From positions 4,448,001-4,512,000 of the forward strand of contig CM000152.2 of assembly GCA_000004695.1 (NCBI GenBank): a stretch of DNA of 64,000 nt. The letters run 5' to 3'. The translations under genes and the position numbers were made by a program. Shown here in pieces: positions 47,953-61,431 of the stretch. A model generated the notes under the pieces. It had not been told where the DNA came from. It was given only the letters and a program-made list of their open reading frames with translations, and ran no database searches. Numbering within the stretch: position 1 is the stretch's first letter; every line of letters begins with the position of its first letter. Source of the stretch: Dictyostelium discoideum. Taxonomy: Eukaryota.

Positions 47953-49167
47953 ATGGGTGGAGGTAATAAATATTTATCAGCAAATAATAAACAAAGAGTT
48001 GGTTTTGTACATAACCCAGGTAGTAAAAAAACAGCTCATATTCTTTCTTTACCAAATCAAGGTTTATGTTATACATGTCACGAAACTATTGAATGGAAAA
48101 AGAGATATAGAAAATATAAACCATTAACTGTACCAAGCAAATGGTATGTCATTTTAAAAATAAATAAATAGATAAATAATAAACAAAACATAAATTAACA
48201 AACCTCTTTTTTTTTTTTTTTTTTTTTTTATTATTAAAGTAATCACTGTCAACAAAAAACTGTAAGAAGAGCATATCACTTAACTTGTGATGATTGTACT
48301 TTAAAATTACAAGTATGTGGTAAATGCCAAAAACCAAAAGAAATTATAAAGTAAAGTATTTTTTTTTTATTATTTATTATTTTTTACTATTACTATTATT
48401 AATAATTTATTCTCTTTAAAATTAGGGAAATTATTACAAAAGAAACTGAAATCAAAGAACAAGCTGAAATCAGAGAAGCTGTTAGAGATATGACTGAAAG
48501 AGAAAGAAGAACATTTTATAGAGATTTAGAAAAAGGTGATAAAAAAGATAAAAAAGATGAAGAGGATGAAGAAGAGGATGAAGAAGAAGAAGAAGAAAAA
48601 GGAAAATCTAAATCTAAAAAAGAGGATGAGCATGATGATGAAGAGGATGAAGAAGAGGATGAAGACGAAGAAGAGGATGAACAAGATTTTGATAGTGAAG
48701 ATTATGATGATGATGATGAAGATTATAGTGAAGATGAGGTTAAATTATCAACAGTTCCAAAAACTAGAGCCCAATTAACTGTTAAATCTGTCACACAAGA
48801 TATCAATAAACTCTCTAAAATATTTTCAAATGAAAAAGTTGATAATTTAGTTAAAACTAAACCATCATCTGCCAAAGTTGCTGAATCAACAACCACTTCA
48901 ACAACCCAAGTTGATCAAGATGAAGATGATGAAGATGAAGATGACGAAGATGATGTTAGACAAGTATTATCAGCTGAAGCAGTCTATTTAAAACTCAAAG
49001 AACAATATAAATCAAAAAGTAAAACTGAAAAGCAATCAAATAAATTAGTTAAGGAAGAGGATCATGAAGAAGATGAAGATGAAGATGAAGATGATGAAGA
49101 AGAAGATGCAATTTATGAAGGCGAAGAAAATGATGATGAAGAAGATGATGATGAAGAAGAAAATTAA
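47953..49167 (+). CDS. C9orf85/UPF0642-family protein with an extremely acidic (D/E-rich) C-terminal tail. Three exons at about 47953-48143, 48240-48350 and 48426-49167.
   Basis: Exons 1-2 encode ...LCYTCHETIEWKKRYRKYKPLTVPSK C NHCQQKTVRRAYHLTCDDCTLKLQVCGKCQKPKEIIK. This matches the Cys pattern of human C9orf85 (VCQRCKEVLEWRVKYSKYKPLSKPKKCVKCLQKTVKDSYHIMCRPCA). Donors are GTATGT and GTAAAG, acceptors are ttattaaag and aaaattag, and both introns are phase 2. Confidence 0.7.
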
Positions 49168-49694
49168 AAACCTCTGACAAAAAAAAAAAAAGAAAAAAAA
49201 AAAAAAAAATGGAAAAACATGGAAAAAAAATATGGAAAAAAAAATACAAAAAAAAATATATAAAAAAAAAATAAAAAAAAAAAATCAAGTTTAACTAATA
49301 AAATTAATTATTAGATAATTTTTAAAAAAAAATAAAATATAAAAAAAAAAAAATGATTGTATGTTTATGAAATTCGGCTTTTTTATTTTTTTTTTTTTTC
49401 ACTCGCAATCAGACAATTTTATTTTTTTTTTTTTTTTTTTTGAATTTTTTTTTTTTTTTTGTTTTAAAATAATTTCATTAATTTTGTAGCTCGACTAAAC
49501 GCAAAATAGAAAAATAATAAATAATTTTCTTTTAATATTAACTACTAAGAATTTATATTAAAATTTTGGGTGTTTTTGATAACAAAAAATAATAATAATA
49601 AAAAAAGAATCAATAATAATAAAAAGTTGAATCAATAAAATTTTTTTTTTTTTTTTTTTTACAGAAAGAATTATCAATATTTAATAAATAAAAA

Positions 49695-50243
49695 ATGTAT
49701 CATGGACAAAAATTAGCAAAATTAGGAAGAGAGTCACATCATAGAATGTTAATGCTTCGTACTATGGTTACCCAATTAATTCGTCATGAAAGAATTAAGA
49801 CAACATTAGCCAAAGCAAAGGCATTAAGAAAAGAAGCAGATAGAATTATAACAATTGCAAAGAGAAACACAAGATTATCACATTCATTAGTATATTCATA
49901 TGTAACTGATAAACAAGTTATACCAAAATTATTTAAAGAATTAAGATTACGTTTTGGCGATAGACCAGGTGGTTATACAAGAGTATTAAAAGCTGGTTCT
50001 CGTTTATCAGATAGATCAAAAATGGCATACATTGAATACGTTGAAAATGATTTAGTACCATTACGTGACTACAAAGCAAATAACAGTAAATTTGCTGTAA
50101 TTCGTAAACCAACACCACAAGGTACTGTTTTTAATTTCGAAGAAAAAGAAACTGGTAAAATTTACTCTTCTGCAATCTCTTTAAATAATAGATTCAAACG
50201 TTTAGAACAATTAAAAAAACAATCAACATCCTCATCAAATTAA
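49695..50243 (+). CDS. Mitochondrial ribosomal protein bL17 (L17), 182 aa.
   Basis: The sequence GRESHHRMLMLRTMVTQLIRHERIKTTLAKAKALRKEADRIITIAKR...GDRPGGYTRVLKAGSRLSDRSKMAYIEYV is a typical L17 signature. It is a single exon. Confidence 0.85.
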   Translation: MYHGQKLAKLGRESHHRMLMLRTMVTQLIRHERIKTTLAKAKALRKEADRIITIAKRNTRLSHSLVYSYVTDKQVIPKLFKELRLRFGDRPGGYTRVLKAGSRLSDRSKMAYIEYVENDLVPLRDYKANNSKFAVIRKPTPQGTVFNFEEKETGKIYSSAISLNNRFKRLEQLKKQSTSSSN

Positions 50244-50696
50244 AATAATAATAATAGTAATAATAATAATAATAATAAATAATAAGTAATATAAATAAAA
50301 AAAAAATAAAAAATAAAAAAAAAAAAAGTAAAAAATATATAAATATAAACAAAAAGAATGTAATAATATTTGTTAATTATTTAATATTAAGTTTTTTATT
50401 TTATTTTATTTTTTTTAAAAATTTCCATTCAAAACTATATATTTATTTAATTTCCATAACCACTTAATTTAATTAATTTCTTTAATTTTTTTTAATTCTT
50501 TTTTTTTTTTTTTTTGGAAATAAAATAATAATAATAAATTTTGGTTTAATAAAAGAGTAATAAACAGAAAAAAAAAAAAAATTATATAATTTTTGATTAA
50601 AAAAAAAAGAAAAAATTGATTTATTTTATAATTGTTTTTGTTATATATTTGTATTAATGTATTTTTGAAATTTTTGAAATAATTAAATAATTGAAC

Positions 50697-52570
50697 TTAA
50701 TTTGATTTTGGAGCTTCAGTGGTAGTTGGGGCAGCAGTGGTGGTAGTGACTGGTTTGGAGACTTGTTCTGGTTTCATAGCTGGGAAAAGAATAACTTCTT
50801 TAATGTTATAAGTATCAGACATTAACATAGCGAAACGATCGATACCAAGACCGAAACCACCAGTTGGTGGAAGACCATATTCGAGTGAGGTAGTGAAAAC
50901 TTTATCGATAAGCATAGATTCATCATCACCGGCAGCTTTAGCTTTAGCTTGTTCAGCGAAACGTTCGATTTGAACGAATGGATTATTTAATTCGGTGTAA
51001 GCATTACAGATTTCTTTGGTGTTGACAAAGAGTTCGAAACGTTCAGTTAATTGTGGTTTCTCTCTGTGATATTTGGAGAGTGGTGACATAATTTCTGGAT
51101 GATTGATGATGAAGGTTGGATTGATACATTGTACTTCTAAATATTCACCAACAAGTTTATCTAATAAACGAGCGGTAGTTTGTGGAGCAGAGCATTCAAC
51201 TTTACGTTCACGACAGGTTTTAACTAAAAATTCACGACATTCTTCACTGGTGTATGGGGTTGGAATCTTTTCACCAATGATTGCTTCCAAATCGGCAATC
51301 ATATCGATCTTTCTCCATGGTGAAGAGAAATCGATTTCGATTTCCTTACCTGATGGACCATCTGGGTGATATTTAATTTTGAGGGAACCATGGATACTCA
51401 TTACGATGGATTGGAGTAATTGTTCGGTCATGGTGTAGAGATCATTATAATCAGCGTATGCCATATAGAACTCGCAAGTGGTGAACTCTGGGTTATGGGT
51501 GTGATCGATATCTTCATTTCTGAATTGTTTACCAATTTCATAGACACGATCCATACCACCGACAACCAATTGTTTAAGGTAGAGTTCTGGTGCAATTCTC
51601 ATAAAGAGATCCATGTTGAGGGCGTTGTGATGGGTAAGGAATGGTTTAGCGGCGGCACCACCTGCGATCATATTCATCATTGGTGTTTCGACTTCAATGA
51701 AACCTAAATTGTCGAGATAACGTCTTACACCTTGAATAACCTTTGAACGAATGATAAAGTTCTTCTTTACACTTTCATTGCAAATCATATCCAAATAACG
51801 TTGTCTGAATCTGGTTTCTGGGTCTGTTAAACCTGAGGCTGCCTTTGGTAACATATGTAAACATGGTGATAATAAAATAACCTCTGTGGCAAATAATGAA
51901 AGTTCACCAGTCTTTGAACGACCTGGTGTACCTTTGGCACCAATAATATCACCACGTCTTAAGAGACCATTGATTTTAACGTAATCTTCTTCACATGATG
52001 CGTATGCACGTTTGTTAACTAAAACTTGTACTTTGTTGAACTCACCAGTGATATCGTAGAAAACTAAACCTGATCCTGCTGCTCTCTTACTTAAAACACG
52101 ACCTGCAATTGATACAACTTGAGTTGATGGTTCACCATCTTTTTCAAGAACTGAAAATTCTTCAACAAATTTTGGTAATTGATGTGAAACTTCAAATTTA
52201 TGTGGCCATGGGTTAACACCAATATCAGCACTTGTTAATTGTTTAGTACGATTTTCTTTATACATTGATGGATCGAAATCTTCTTCATCATTCTTTTTGG
52301 CTGGTGCTCTTAAATATTAAAATTAATATATATAAATAAAATATATTTTTATATTTATTTAAATAAATAAATAAATAAATAAATAAAAAAAAAAATGAAA
52401 AAAAAAAAATTGTTAGAAATAAGTTCTGAGAAAAATGAGTAGTATTTGTAAATATTAAAAAAAAAAAAAAAAAAATTAAAAAATAAAATAAAATAGGATA
52501 TTAAAAATTTTAATAAAAGAAAAGGAAATAAATAAATTATTTAAACCAAATATTTCATTTCCGAAATTAT

Positions 52571-52606
<36 letters not shown>

Positions 52607-52649
52607 CTTTTCTTTTCTTTCTATTAAACCTATTTGTTAATCCAATATT

Positions 52650-52688
<39 letters not shown>

Positions 52689-52739
52689 TACATACTGTTT
52701 AGCTGGTTGTTTGGCTGGAGCTGGAGCTGGAGTTGTCAT
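50697..52739 (-). CDS. Lysyl-tRNA synthetase, class II (eukaryotic cytoplasmic type). Two exons at about 52696-52739 and 50697-52308, giving about 551 aa.
   Basis: Exon 1 encodes [14 protein letters not shown](Q) and ends at a GTATGT donor (phase 2). Exon 2 (acceptor atttaag) encodes [23 protein letters not shown]... followed by the anticodon-binding OB fold and the class II catalytic core ([32 protein letters not shown]). Confidence 0.85.
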
Positions 52740-53092
52740 TTTTAATTATTTATATATGTATTGGTATTTCTAAAAAAAAAAAAAAAACTAAAAAACTATC
52801 GAAAAAAAAAAAAAAAAAAAATTAAAAACGAAAAAAAAACTTAAAAAAACTATCAAAAAAAAAAAAAATAAAATAAAAAAATAAAAAAATTAAAAAAAAA
52901 AATTCCAAAATTCAATTCAATACAATCCCACACTTCACCCCATTTTATTATTATTTTTAGTTTTTTTAAGATTTAAAATATTATTATTTTTTTTCTGAGA
53001 TATTTATATTATTTTTTTTCTATTATTTATTTCATAATCAAAAATTCAAAAACTTATTTATGTTTTAATTTTTTTTTTTTTTAATTTTTTTC

Positions 53093-53130
<38 letters not shown>

Positions 53131-53720
53131 TGTAATATAAAAAAAAAAGCTATTATAAAATTTTATTTTTAATATAATTTTATGGTTTTATTCAATAATA
53201 ATATCAATTATGCATTAATTTTATTTCAATATTCAATTCTTTTTTAATGTTAAATCAATTTATTAAATTTATTGAAATAAAAAAAAAAATAAAAATAAAA
53301 ATAAACCAAAATTGGAATTATATAATGCAATTTAATTATTATTTATTCCAATACATTTTTATTTTAATGGAAACTTATTTACACTTCCATAATTTAAAAT
53401 AACCATGTGGAAGTAAACCTATTTATTCCATGTTTTTTTTTAAACGGGAATAGAATGCTCTATTCTAAAAAGATAGAAAAAACAAAAAAAAAAACAAAAA
53501 AAATTAAATTAAACAGCCGATCGTTTATTTTATTGTTTTTTTATTTTTTTTAATTTTTTATTTTTTTTATTTTTCAATTTTTTTTTTTTCGAGTTAAGAA
53601 AAACTATAAAACCATAAAATTTTTTATAATATTTTAAATTAAATATCATTTTTTGTATTATTACAATTACCTTTTTTTTTTTTTTCAATAAATTAATAAA
53701 TATAAAAATTATCATTTAAA

Positions 53721-53832
53721 ATGTGCAAAAAGATTACTTGCGGTAAATGTACTAAACCAACTTGGGCTGTATGTATTTTATTTTTTTATTAATCTTATAT
53801 TTATTTTTATTTTTGTCTATGCTAACCATAAA

Positions 53833-53870
<38 letters not shown>

Positions 53871-53950
53871 TATAGGGTTGTGGTCAACATATTGAAAGTT
53901 GTTTAGCAGATGTACCAGTCAATGAAAGATGTGTTTGTGCTCGTACCTGA
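53721..53950 (+). CDS. Candidate 40-aa cysteine-rich mini-protein, MCKKITCGKCTKPTWA|GCGQHIESCLADVPVNERCVCART. Two exons at about 53721-53768 and 53876-53950.
   Basis: It is absent from the ORF track because it is split. Exon 1 runs from ATG to ...TGG GCT, followed by a GTATGT donor. A 107-nt AT-rich intron ends at a tatag acceptor. Exon 2 is in phase 0 and ends at TGA. Seven Cys and one His fall in a CxxC...GCGxH...C...CxC arrangement. This is a prediction only. Confidence 0.4.
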
Positions 53951-54254
53951 ATCGCATTTGTTCAAGAAAATAAAATAATGATATCAATTGCTTTGGTATT
54001 ATTATTGTATAGATTATTTCAATAATAATAATAATAATAATTAAATAAATTTAAAACGATATATAACAATATTTCAATTCTTTTTTTTTTTTTTTCTTTT
54101 TTTTTTTTAAAGAAGAGGAAACAAAAAAATAAAGATTTTAAAAGGATACATAATAATATTTTTTTTAATGTTGCTCTTGATGTTTTTTTTTTTTTTTTAT
54201 TTTAAAAACATAATTAAAAACTGGAAAAAAAAAAAAACAAAAAAAAAAAACAAA

Positions 54255-57063
54255 TTAGTTTAGTAAAAATTCAGATTTAACAACCCATCTCTTTGAAACT
54301 TTGCTAAATTCTGAAACACTTTTTAATAAAACCTTAAATAATGGTGCTTGTTCTTCAGTGATTGTTAATTGGAAATTGTTAATAATTGATTGAGTTGTGA
54401 CTGAACCACCTTTTTCCATAATAAAGTTAAAAATACTTTCGATAATCTCTGAAGAATTTAATCCACCAAATAATGTTTTAGCAGTTTCTTCCTCTTCAGC
54501 ATTTAATGTTGATAATAATTTTGATGATGAAAATCTATTATTATTATTATTTTTATTATTATTATTATTATTACTATTATTACTTTGATTGTTATTATTA
54601 TTATTATTATTGTTATTATTATTGTTATTATTATTTAAAAGTGTACTATCATTAAGTGATGTGATATTTGAAATTTGTTGAAGTGGTGATAAATGAGTTG
54701 GTAATTTTGATTTTTGACCAAATCTTCCGCCACCGCCACCACCACCAATTGGACTAGAAACTGCTAATGAAGTAGAGGTTGTAGTTGAAGTTGGTGATGT
54801 AATGAATGATGGAGCGCCACCAGAACCAAATCTTCCAGTCCAAGTTGGTGTATTACCAGTAATTTGTTCACGAGATTTCTTTAAAATACTAACAGCTTTT
54901 GAGGCGATTTTCTCAGCTTCATTCATTAATAATGAATGTTCTGGTCCTGATTGGTCCATAATTGTGTCATGTTTCAAAGCACTCTTTAAACCTTCTTTCT
55001 CGAATAAACATTTCAAAATATATGAATCGTCATTCTCTCCACTTGGTGAATTATTACCATCAATATCAGCATCAGCATCAACATCATTCTTGATTTTATT
55101 ATTATTATTATTTCCTATAATTCTTTTACCATGATTACCTCTAACTCTTTTTTTACTTTTGCTATCACTTTCATCACTACTACTATAATTATTATCACCA
55201 TCATCTTTTTTCTTTTTTGGTATTAATGGTGAACTACTATTTAAAATACTGTTATTATTATTATTCTTATTTTTAATTGAATTTTTATCATTTTTATCAT
55301 TCATATGTTCAGGTAAAATTTCAGAATTTGAACCAGAAAAGATATCACCAGTTTCTGAACCTTTTTTATTTTTTGTATAGGTGAATAAATCTTTGAAATG
55401 TTTTGATTTAAAGAATCTTTTTTGACGTGGATCTTTTAAGATTTTATTGGTTAAGAATTGTTTATAGATTTGACGATGATAGATTTTCTCTTCTATTGTA
55501 CCCAATGTGATTAGACGATAAATCGTTACAGCTTTCTTTTGACCAATTCTGTAGACTCTTTCCCTTGCTTGCATATCAGTTGATGGATTCCAATCTGGGT
55601 CAAACAAGATCACCCTATTGGCACCAGTTAAATTTAAACCTAATCCACCAACTTTTGTAGTTAGCAAGAAAATGAATAATGAAGGATCAATATTAAATTG
55701 TTCAACTAAACATTGACGTTGTCTAATTGAGGTCGTACCATCCATACGAAGATAATTGAATTGTGTTGAATCTCTAATATACTGCTCTACGATATCCAGC
55801 ATTTGTCTAGTTTGACAAAATAATAATACTTTATCACCTTGTTTAAACCATAGGGGTAGGATGGTTTCCACCACTTTTAACTTTGCACTTCTTTCAATGT
55901 TACCATAATCATGTGGTCTATCTTCATCACTGGCATCCATATGAAGTATATCAGGATGATTGCAAATCTTCTTCAAAATATCAATACCATAGAGAGCATT
56001 ACGCCTTCCATCCAATACTGATTTAATATCGTTACTATCTAAAAACTCCAAATAAAGTTTCTCTTGAAATGGTGTCAATGGACACATTAAAACCTGTTCA
56101 TTCTTTGATGGAAGTGATTTCAATACATCGGATTTCACTCTTCTAAGCATGTATGGTGAGATTAAATCACGTAATGCCACTGCACATTTATAGGCTGCTT
56201 GAACTTGTATTGGAGATGCATTGGCAAATCCACCAACGGAAATGGGTAATGAAAATTGAGATTTAAAAATTGGCAATGTTCCTAACCTACCAGGGAAAAC
56301 AAAATCAAAAAGTGACCATAACTCTGTTAATTTGTTTTGAATTGGCGAACCTGATAAAATCACCCTATGTGGAGTTTGAAGTTGTTTACAAGATAGTGTA
56401 ATCTCTGCATCTGGATTACGAATTTTATGACCTTCATCTAAAATAACATATTCCCAATGATACTTTAACAATATCTCTTGATTTATACGAATTGAATCAA
56501 ATGTTGTCAAAAGTATATGCCCCTTTTCTGCAATCTTTTTAACAATATCTTCTTTATCACTACCATCATTACCACCACCACCACTACCACTTGAATGAAA
56601 TAAACCAACTCTAAATGGTGGCCACCATTTATGAAACTCTTTAATCCAATTAGAAAGTAATGTAGCTGGCGCAACAATTAAAGCAGGACCACCTAATCTT
56701 CTACTATAATGAAGTGATGCCAAGAATGAAACGATTTGTACGGTTTTACCTAAACCCATTTCATCACCAACAATACCACCAGTTTCTTGACAATGCAATT
56801 CATATAACCAACGAACACACGTAACTTGATATTCAAATAAATTCTTATAAATATCAAATGGTATCTTAAAATTTTCATCAATTTCATAATCATCACCAAT
56901 TATTTCTTCTTCAGCTTCTTTTTCTTCTTCTTCTTCAAATATTTTTTCAATTTCATTATTATTATTTTTATTTAAAACTGCTTCTTCATCTAATTTTTCA
57001 TTATTTAAATATTCATCCTCAGCTAAATCATATTGACTTGGATATAATTCATCTTCATTTTCT

Positions 57064-57095
<32 letters not shown>

Positions 57096-58854
57096 TTTCA
57101 TTAAATTATCAGTATATTTCTCTAATACTTCAAGTCTTTTCTTTTGATCCATTTTCTTTATACGATCTCTAATTTTCTTTTTCTTCCATTCTAATAATCT
57201 CTTTTGATAAACTTTTTCATTACCATCATCAGTCCATCTCTCTTTATGAATGTTTAATAATTCTTTTGGTATACGATCATCATAATCAATTTTTTCATCT
57301 TCATCATCTTCATCTTCGTCATCATTGTCATCATCATCATCCACGTCTTGTTTTCTTTTTCTTTTATTATTTGAAATTGTACTTTTTATTGATTTTTTAT
57401 TCTTTTTTAATGTAAATTCTTCTTCAATTTCATCTTCATCTTCATCTTCATTATCTTCAATTTCAATTTCTTTATAATCTTCTTGATCATCATCATCATC
57501 TTCATCATCATCATCATCATTCTCTTCATTTTCATTTTCATCATTCTCTTCTTTTTCATTATCATCATCCTTTTCTTTATTAGTATCGGTAGTTAAATTT
57601 AATCTATTGGTAGGAGTTCTAATTCTACCACTAAGACTAATATCTAAATTTAATAAATCATCATCATTATTATTTTTTGGTTTTGATTTTGATTTTGGTG
57701 TCGAGATTTTTTTTAATTTTGAATTTGATTTTTTTGAAGATTTTGGTGGAGGAGATTCATCATTTTCTTCTTTTTCAATATCAATTTCATCTTCTTCATT
57801 TTCTTCTTCATTGTTATTATTATTATAATCATCATTATCATCTTCTGAAATATTTAAAGATTCCATATCATTAAAATCATCATAAAATTCTTGTAATTTC
57901 TTTGGTGGATCACGTTGAATACTATACTTTTTCATTTTTTTTTGTTTCTTTTTCTCTTTTTCAGTTAATACTTTCTTTTTCTTTGCATCGAATCTATTTG
58001 TGGTCTTTTTAATTGGTTTTAAGAATATTTTACTACCACCACTGCCACCACCGCCACCGCCTTGATTCTTTTCATTTTGTTCAGTTTCTTTCTCTTGGTC
58101 CAATGTTTTTGTGATATCAACAACGTCATCCAATACAATTGTTTTTTTATTTGTTTTTGAATGCATTTCAGAGAATGGTGTAATTTTACCAGTTCTAATT
58201 AACCTATCTCTTTCAGATTCAGTAGTAGAGAAACCAAATGCTTTATCGAATAAACTTGGTAATGGTAATTCACCAATTGATTTATTTTCACCACTACTAT
58301 TTGAACCATCTGGTTTTCTTTTTTGATCATTTATTCTTTTCTCTCTATCTGTTTTTATCTTTTCTTTAATTTCAATGATTTTATTTTGAGTTGATTTCTC
58401 TTGACTCTTTAAATCGCTAAGTTTCTTCTTTTCAAATGTTATCAATGATATTAAACTTGCAAGTGTATCTTTATCAATATCTTTATTCTTTTCATTGATT
58501 TCTCTTTCATTGTTTTTAAATAGAAATTGTTCTGCCTCTGAAATATCGTTTCTAATTTTCTTTAATTTTATATCAAGTTCATTAATTTCATTATATAGTA
58601 TTTCTTTATCAATTTTATGTATTACTTTATTTTCAACATAATTTGAACTATATTGTGTAACACCCAATTTCGATAAATCTAATGATTGATTATTATTATT
58701 ATTATTATTGTTAAATCTATTATTATTAGATGAAGTGGTGGTTGTTGTAGTCGTTTTAAATTTATTACTATTACCAGGGTCGAATCTACTAAAATTTTTA
58801 GGTAATCCATTCTTTTGTTGATCTTGTAACGATGCTCTACTTTTATTATTATTA

Positions 58855-58910
<56 letters not shown>

Positions 58911-59222
58911 GTTATTATTATTATTATTAGTTGTGGTAGTGGTTGTGGTTGGGTAAGAGCTTGTTCTTTTACCATGATACAATTGATTACCTTTACTTTG
59001 AAGAGATGATTGTGATGCTGTTGGATTTGATTTTCTTAAAAAATTAGGTTTATCATCTTTTGGTTTATTGGTAGTAGTATTATTATTATTATTATTGTTA
59101 TTATTGTTATTTATATTATTATTATCATTATTTTCTGTACTTGGTTTCCAACCTGGTAATATAAATTGTCTAATATCTTGTGATTTATTATTATTATTAT
59201 TATTATTACTATTATTACTCAT
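54255..59222 (-). CDS. ERCC6/CSB/Rad26-like SNF2-family DNA-dependent ATPase (transcription-coupled repair), 1655 aa.
   Basis: It is a single ORF. The SNF2 N-terminal domain reads ...LFEYQVTCVRWLYELHCQETGGIVGDEMGLGKTVQIVSFLASL...DEGHKIRNPDAEIT...LSGSPIQNKLTELWSLFDFVFPGRLG... The helicase C domain contains ...LLTTKVGGLGLNLTGANRVILFDPDWNPSTDMQARERVYRIGQKK... It has an acidic N-terminal half and N-rich tails. Confidence 0.85.
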
Positions 59223-60283
59223 TTAATTTTTTATTTTTCTCTGATTTGAAAAAAATAAAATACGAGTGTATAAAACAAATAAAATACGAGCGTAACAAAC
59301 AAATAAAATTTTTAAAAAAATAAAAAAATAAAAAAAATAAAAAAAGTAAAAAAAAATAAAAAAAAAAATAAAAAAAAATAAATTAATGAAAAAATTAATT
59401 TTTCTTGGAATTTCCTAAAATAAAATTAATAAAACTAATTTTTTAAACTCATTAAAACATTAAAAAATGAATTATTTACAAACTAAAAAAAAAAAAAAAA
59501 AAATTTTTTACTTATATACAATACTTTTTAATTTTTTTATTATTAAATAAAAAAAAAAAAAGGAATTTCAAATAATTTTTTTTTATATATTTTCAAACAA
59601 ACATATTTTGATATATTTATTTGTAGATTAAAATAATTTTTGAACTATATAGATATTCAGTTTATTTACTCTTTATTATGATTAACCTTGGCTGAAAAAA
59701 AAAAAAAAAAAAAAAAAAAAAATTAAAAAGAGCTAAAGTCAATTTTATATAATAATTTTAAACCATCTGTTTTGATTGAAATGAACCCCTTTTTTCAATA
59801 TTCTACCTATTAAATTAAGAAAATAAATAGTTTAAAAAAAAAAAAATATTAATAAAATTTAAAATGGAAATAAAAAGGTTTTTTTCTTATTTTTTCCCCA
59901 AAAAAAAAAAAAAAAAAAAACAACTGATATAAGTTGTCGGGTGTGGTATTTTAACTAGCTCTCATAAAAATCCATGCAAACACAAGATAAAAAAAAATTG
60001 AAATGAAATGGACTACTACAACAATGTTGCCAGTAGGTTTTTTTTTTTTTTTTCTATTTTTATTATTATTTATATTATTATTATTTTTTTTATTTTTTTT
60101 ATTTTTTTATTTTTTTTTTTTAAAAATCTCAAAACTGATAAAAGTAGTATTTTAATTTTTAACCAAATATATCATCTATGATAAAAACAATTCTAATAAA
60201 ATCAATTTTTCTTCAAACATCAAAGAAAACCATGTGGCTTTATTTTTAAAATATAAAAAAAAATAAATATTAATTTAATTAAT

Positions 60284-60316
<33 letters not shown>

Positions 60317-60730
60317 AAATTTAAAATAGTATTTAAATGAGGTAAAAATTTAGAACATTCATTTAAATAAATTCAAAAGTACTTGTATATTAAAAATAAT
60401 AATAAAAATTAAGAAGATTTAAATATATACATTATATCTATATTTAACAACTCCAAAAAAAAAAAAAAAAAAAGTAATATTAATTAAAAACCTAAATTGG
60501 AAAAAACTAATTGAACACATTTAAAATACAAAATTATTGTTTATAAAAACACATAAATATTTATAATTATCCAAAAAATTTTTTGATTTTCAAAGTTGTG
60601 TTTATTTTTTAAAATTATTTTTAATATAATATATTGGGTAAATAAAAAAGAAGAACATAAAAGTTCTTTATTAATAATTTATCTATTTTTTTAAAAGTAA
60701 ATCTTTTTAATTATTTTATTTTTGTTTAGG

Positions 60731-60773
<43 letters not shown>

Positions 60774-61055
60774 TAAATAAAAAAAAAGTAAAAAAATTAA
60801 TTAAACAAAATATAATAATATTGATTGTTTTATTTACAAAATTTAACTCCAACTGCTCATTGGAAACTTTAATTAATAAAAAAAAAAAAAAAAATAGAAT
60901 TATTTTCAAACCAAAGCAATAAAAACACACCCAATTTTTTGAATTTATTATTTCACACAAAACTAACCCACCCAAGCAAAACAACACACTCCCACACTTT
61001 CAAAAATAGTTTAAACAAACCTAATACATTTTTTTATTATAAAAATAATTTAAAT

Positions 61056-61094
<39 letters not shown>

Positions 61095-61431
61095 ATAAAG
61101 AAAATAAAAAAAAAAAAAAAAAATTCTATTATTAACAAAAAAAGAAAACAAAATAATTACTTAACAAAAAGTTTAATGGCATATAAAGATTCATATATTA
61201 ACAATTTTCAATTAATATAAATTTAAAAAGTAGAAATCAAATCTATAAAAAAAAAAAATTTTATTTTATTTAGAAACAAAAGAATTCTTTATCATAAAAA
61301 TGTATGTATATATATTTAATCAACCCTTTTTTTTTTTTTTTTTATTTTTCAAATTAATTAGTTTCTTTAATAACCCTTTATTTTAAATTTTTTTAAATAT
61401 TAAAAAAAATATGTAATAACAAATAAATAGG

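Noticed and set aside
59980-60035. Mini-ORF ATGAAATGGACTACTACAACAATGTTGCCAGTAG followed by GT, considered as a possible missing first exon of the AGMO gene.
   Set aside because: It lies 1.4 kb upstream, which is much longer than typical introns here. The peptide (MKWTTTTMLPV) has no similarity to AGMO N-termini. A closer split-ATG solution exists. It is kept only as a remote possibility.
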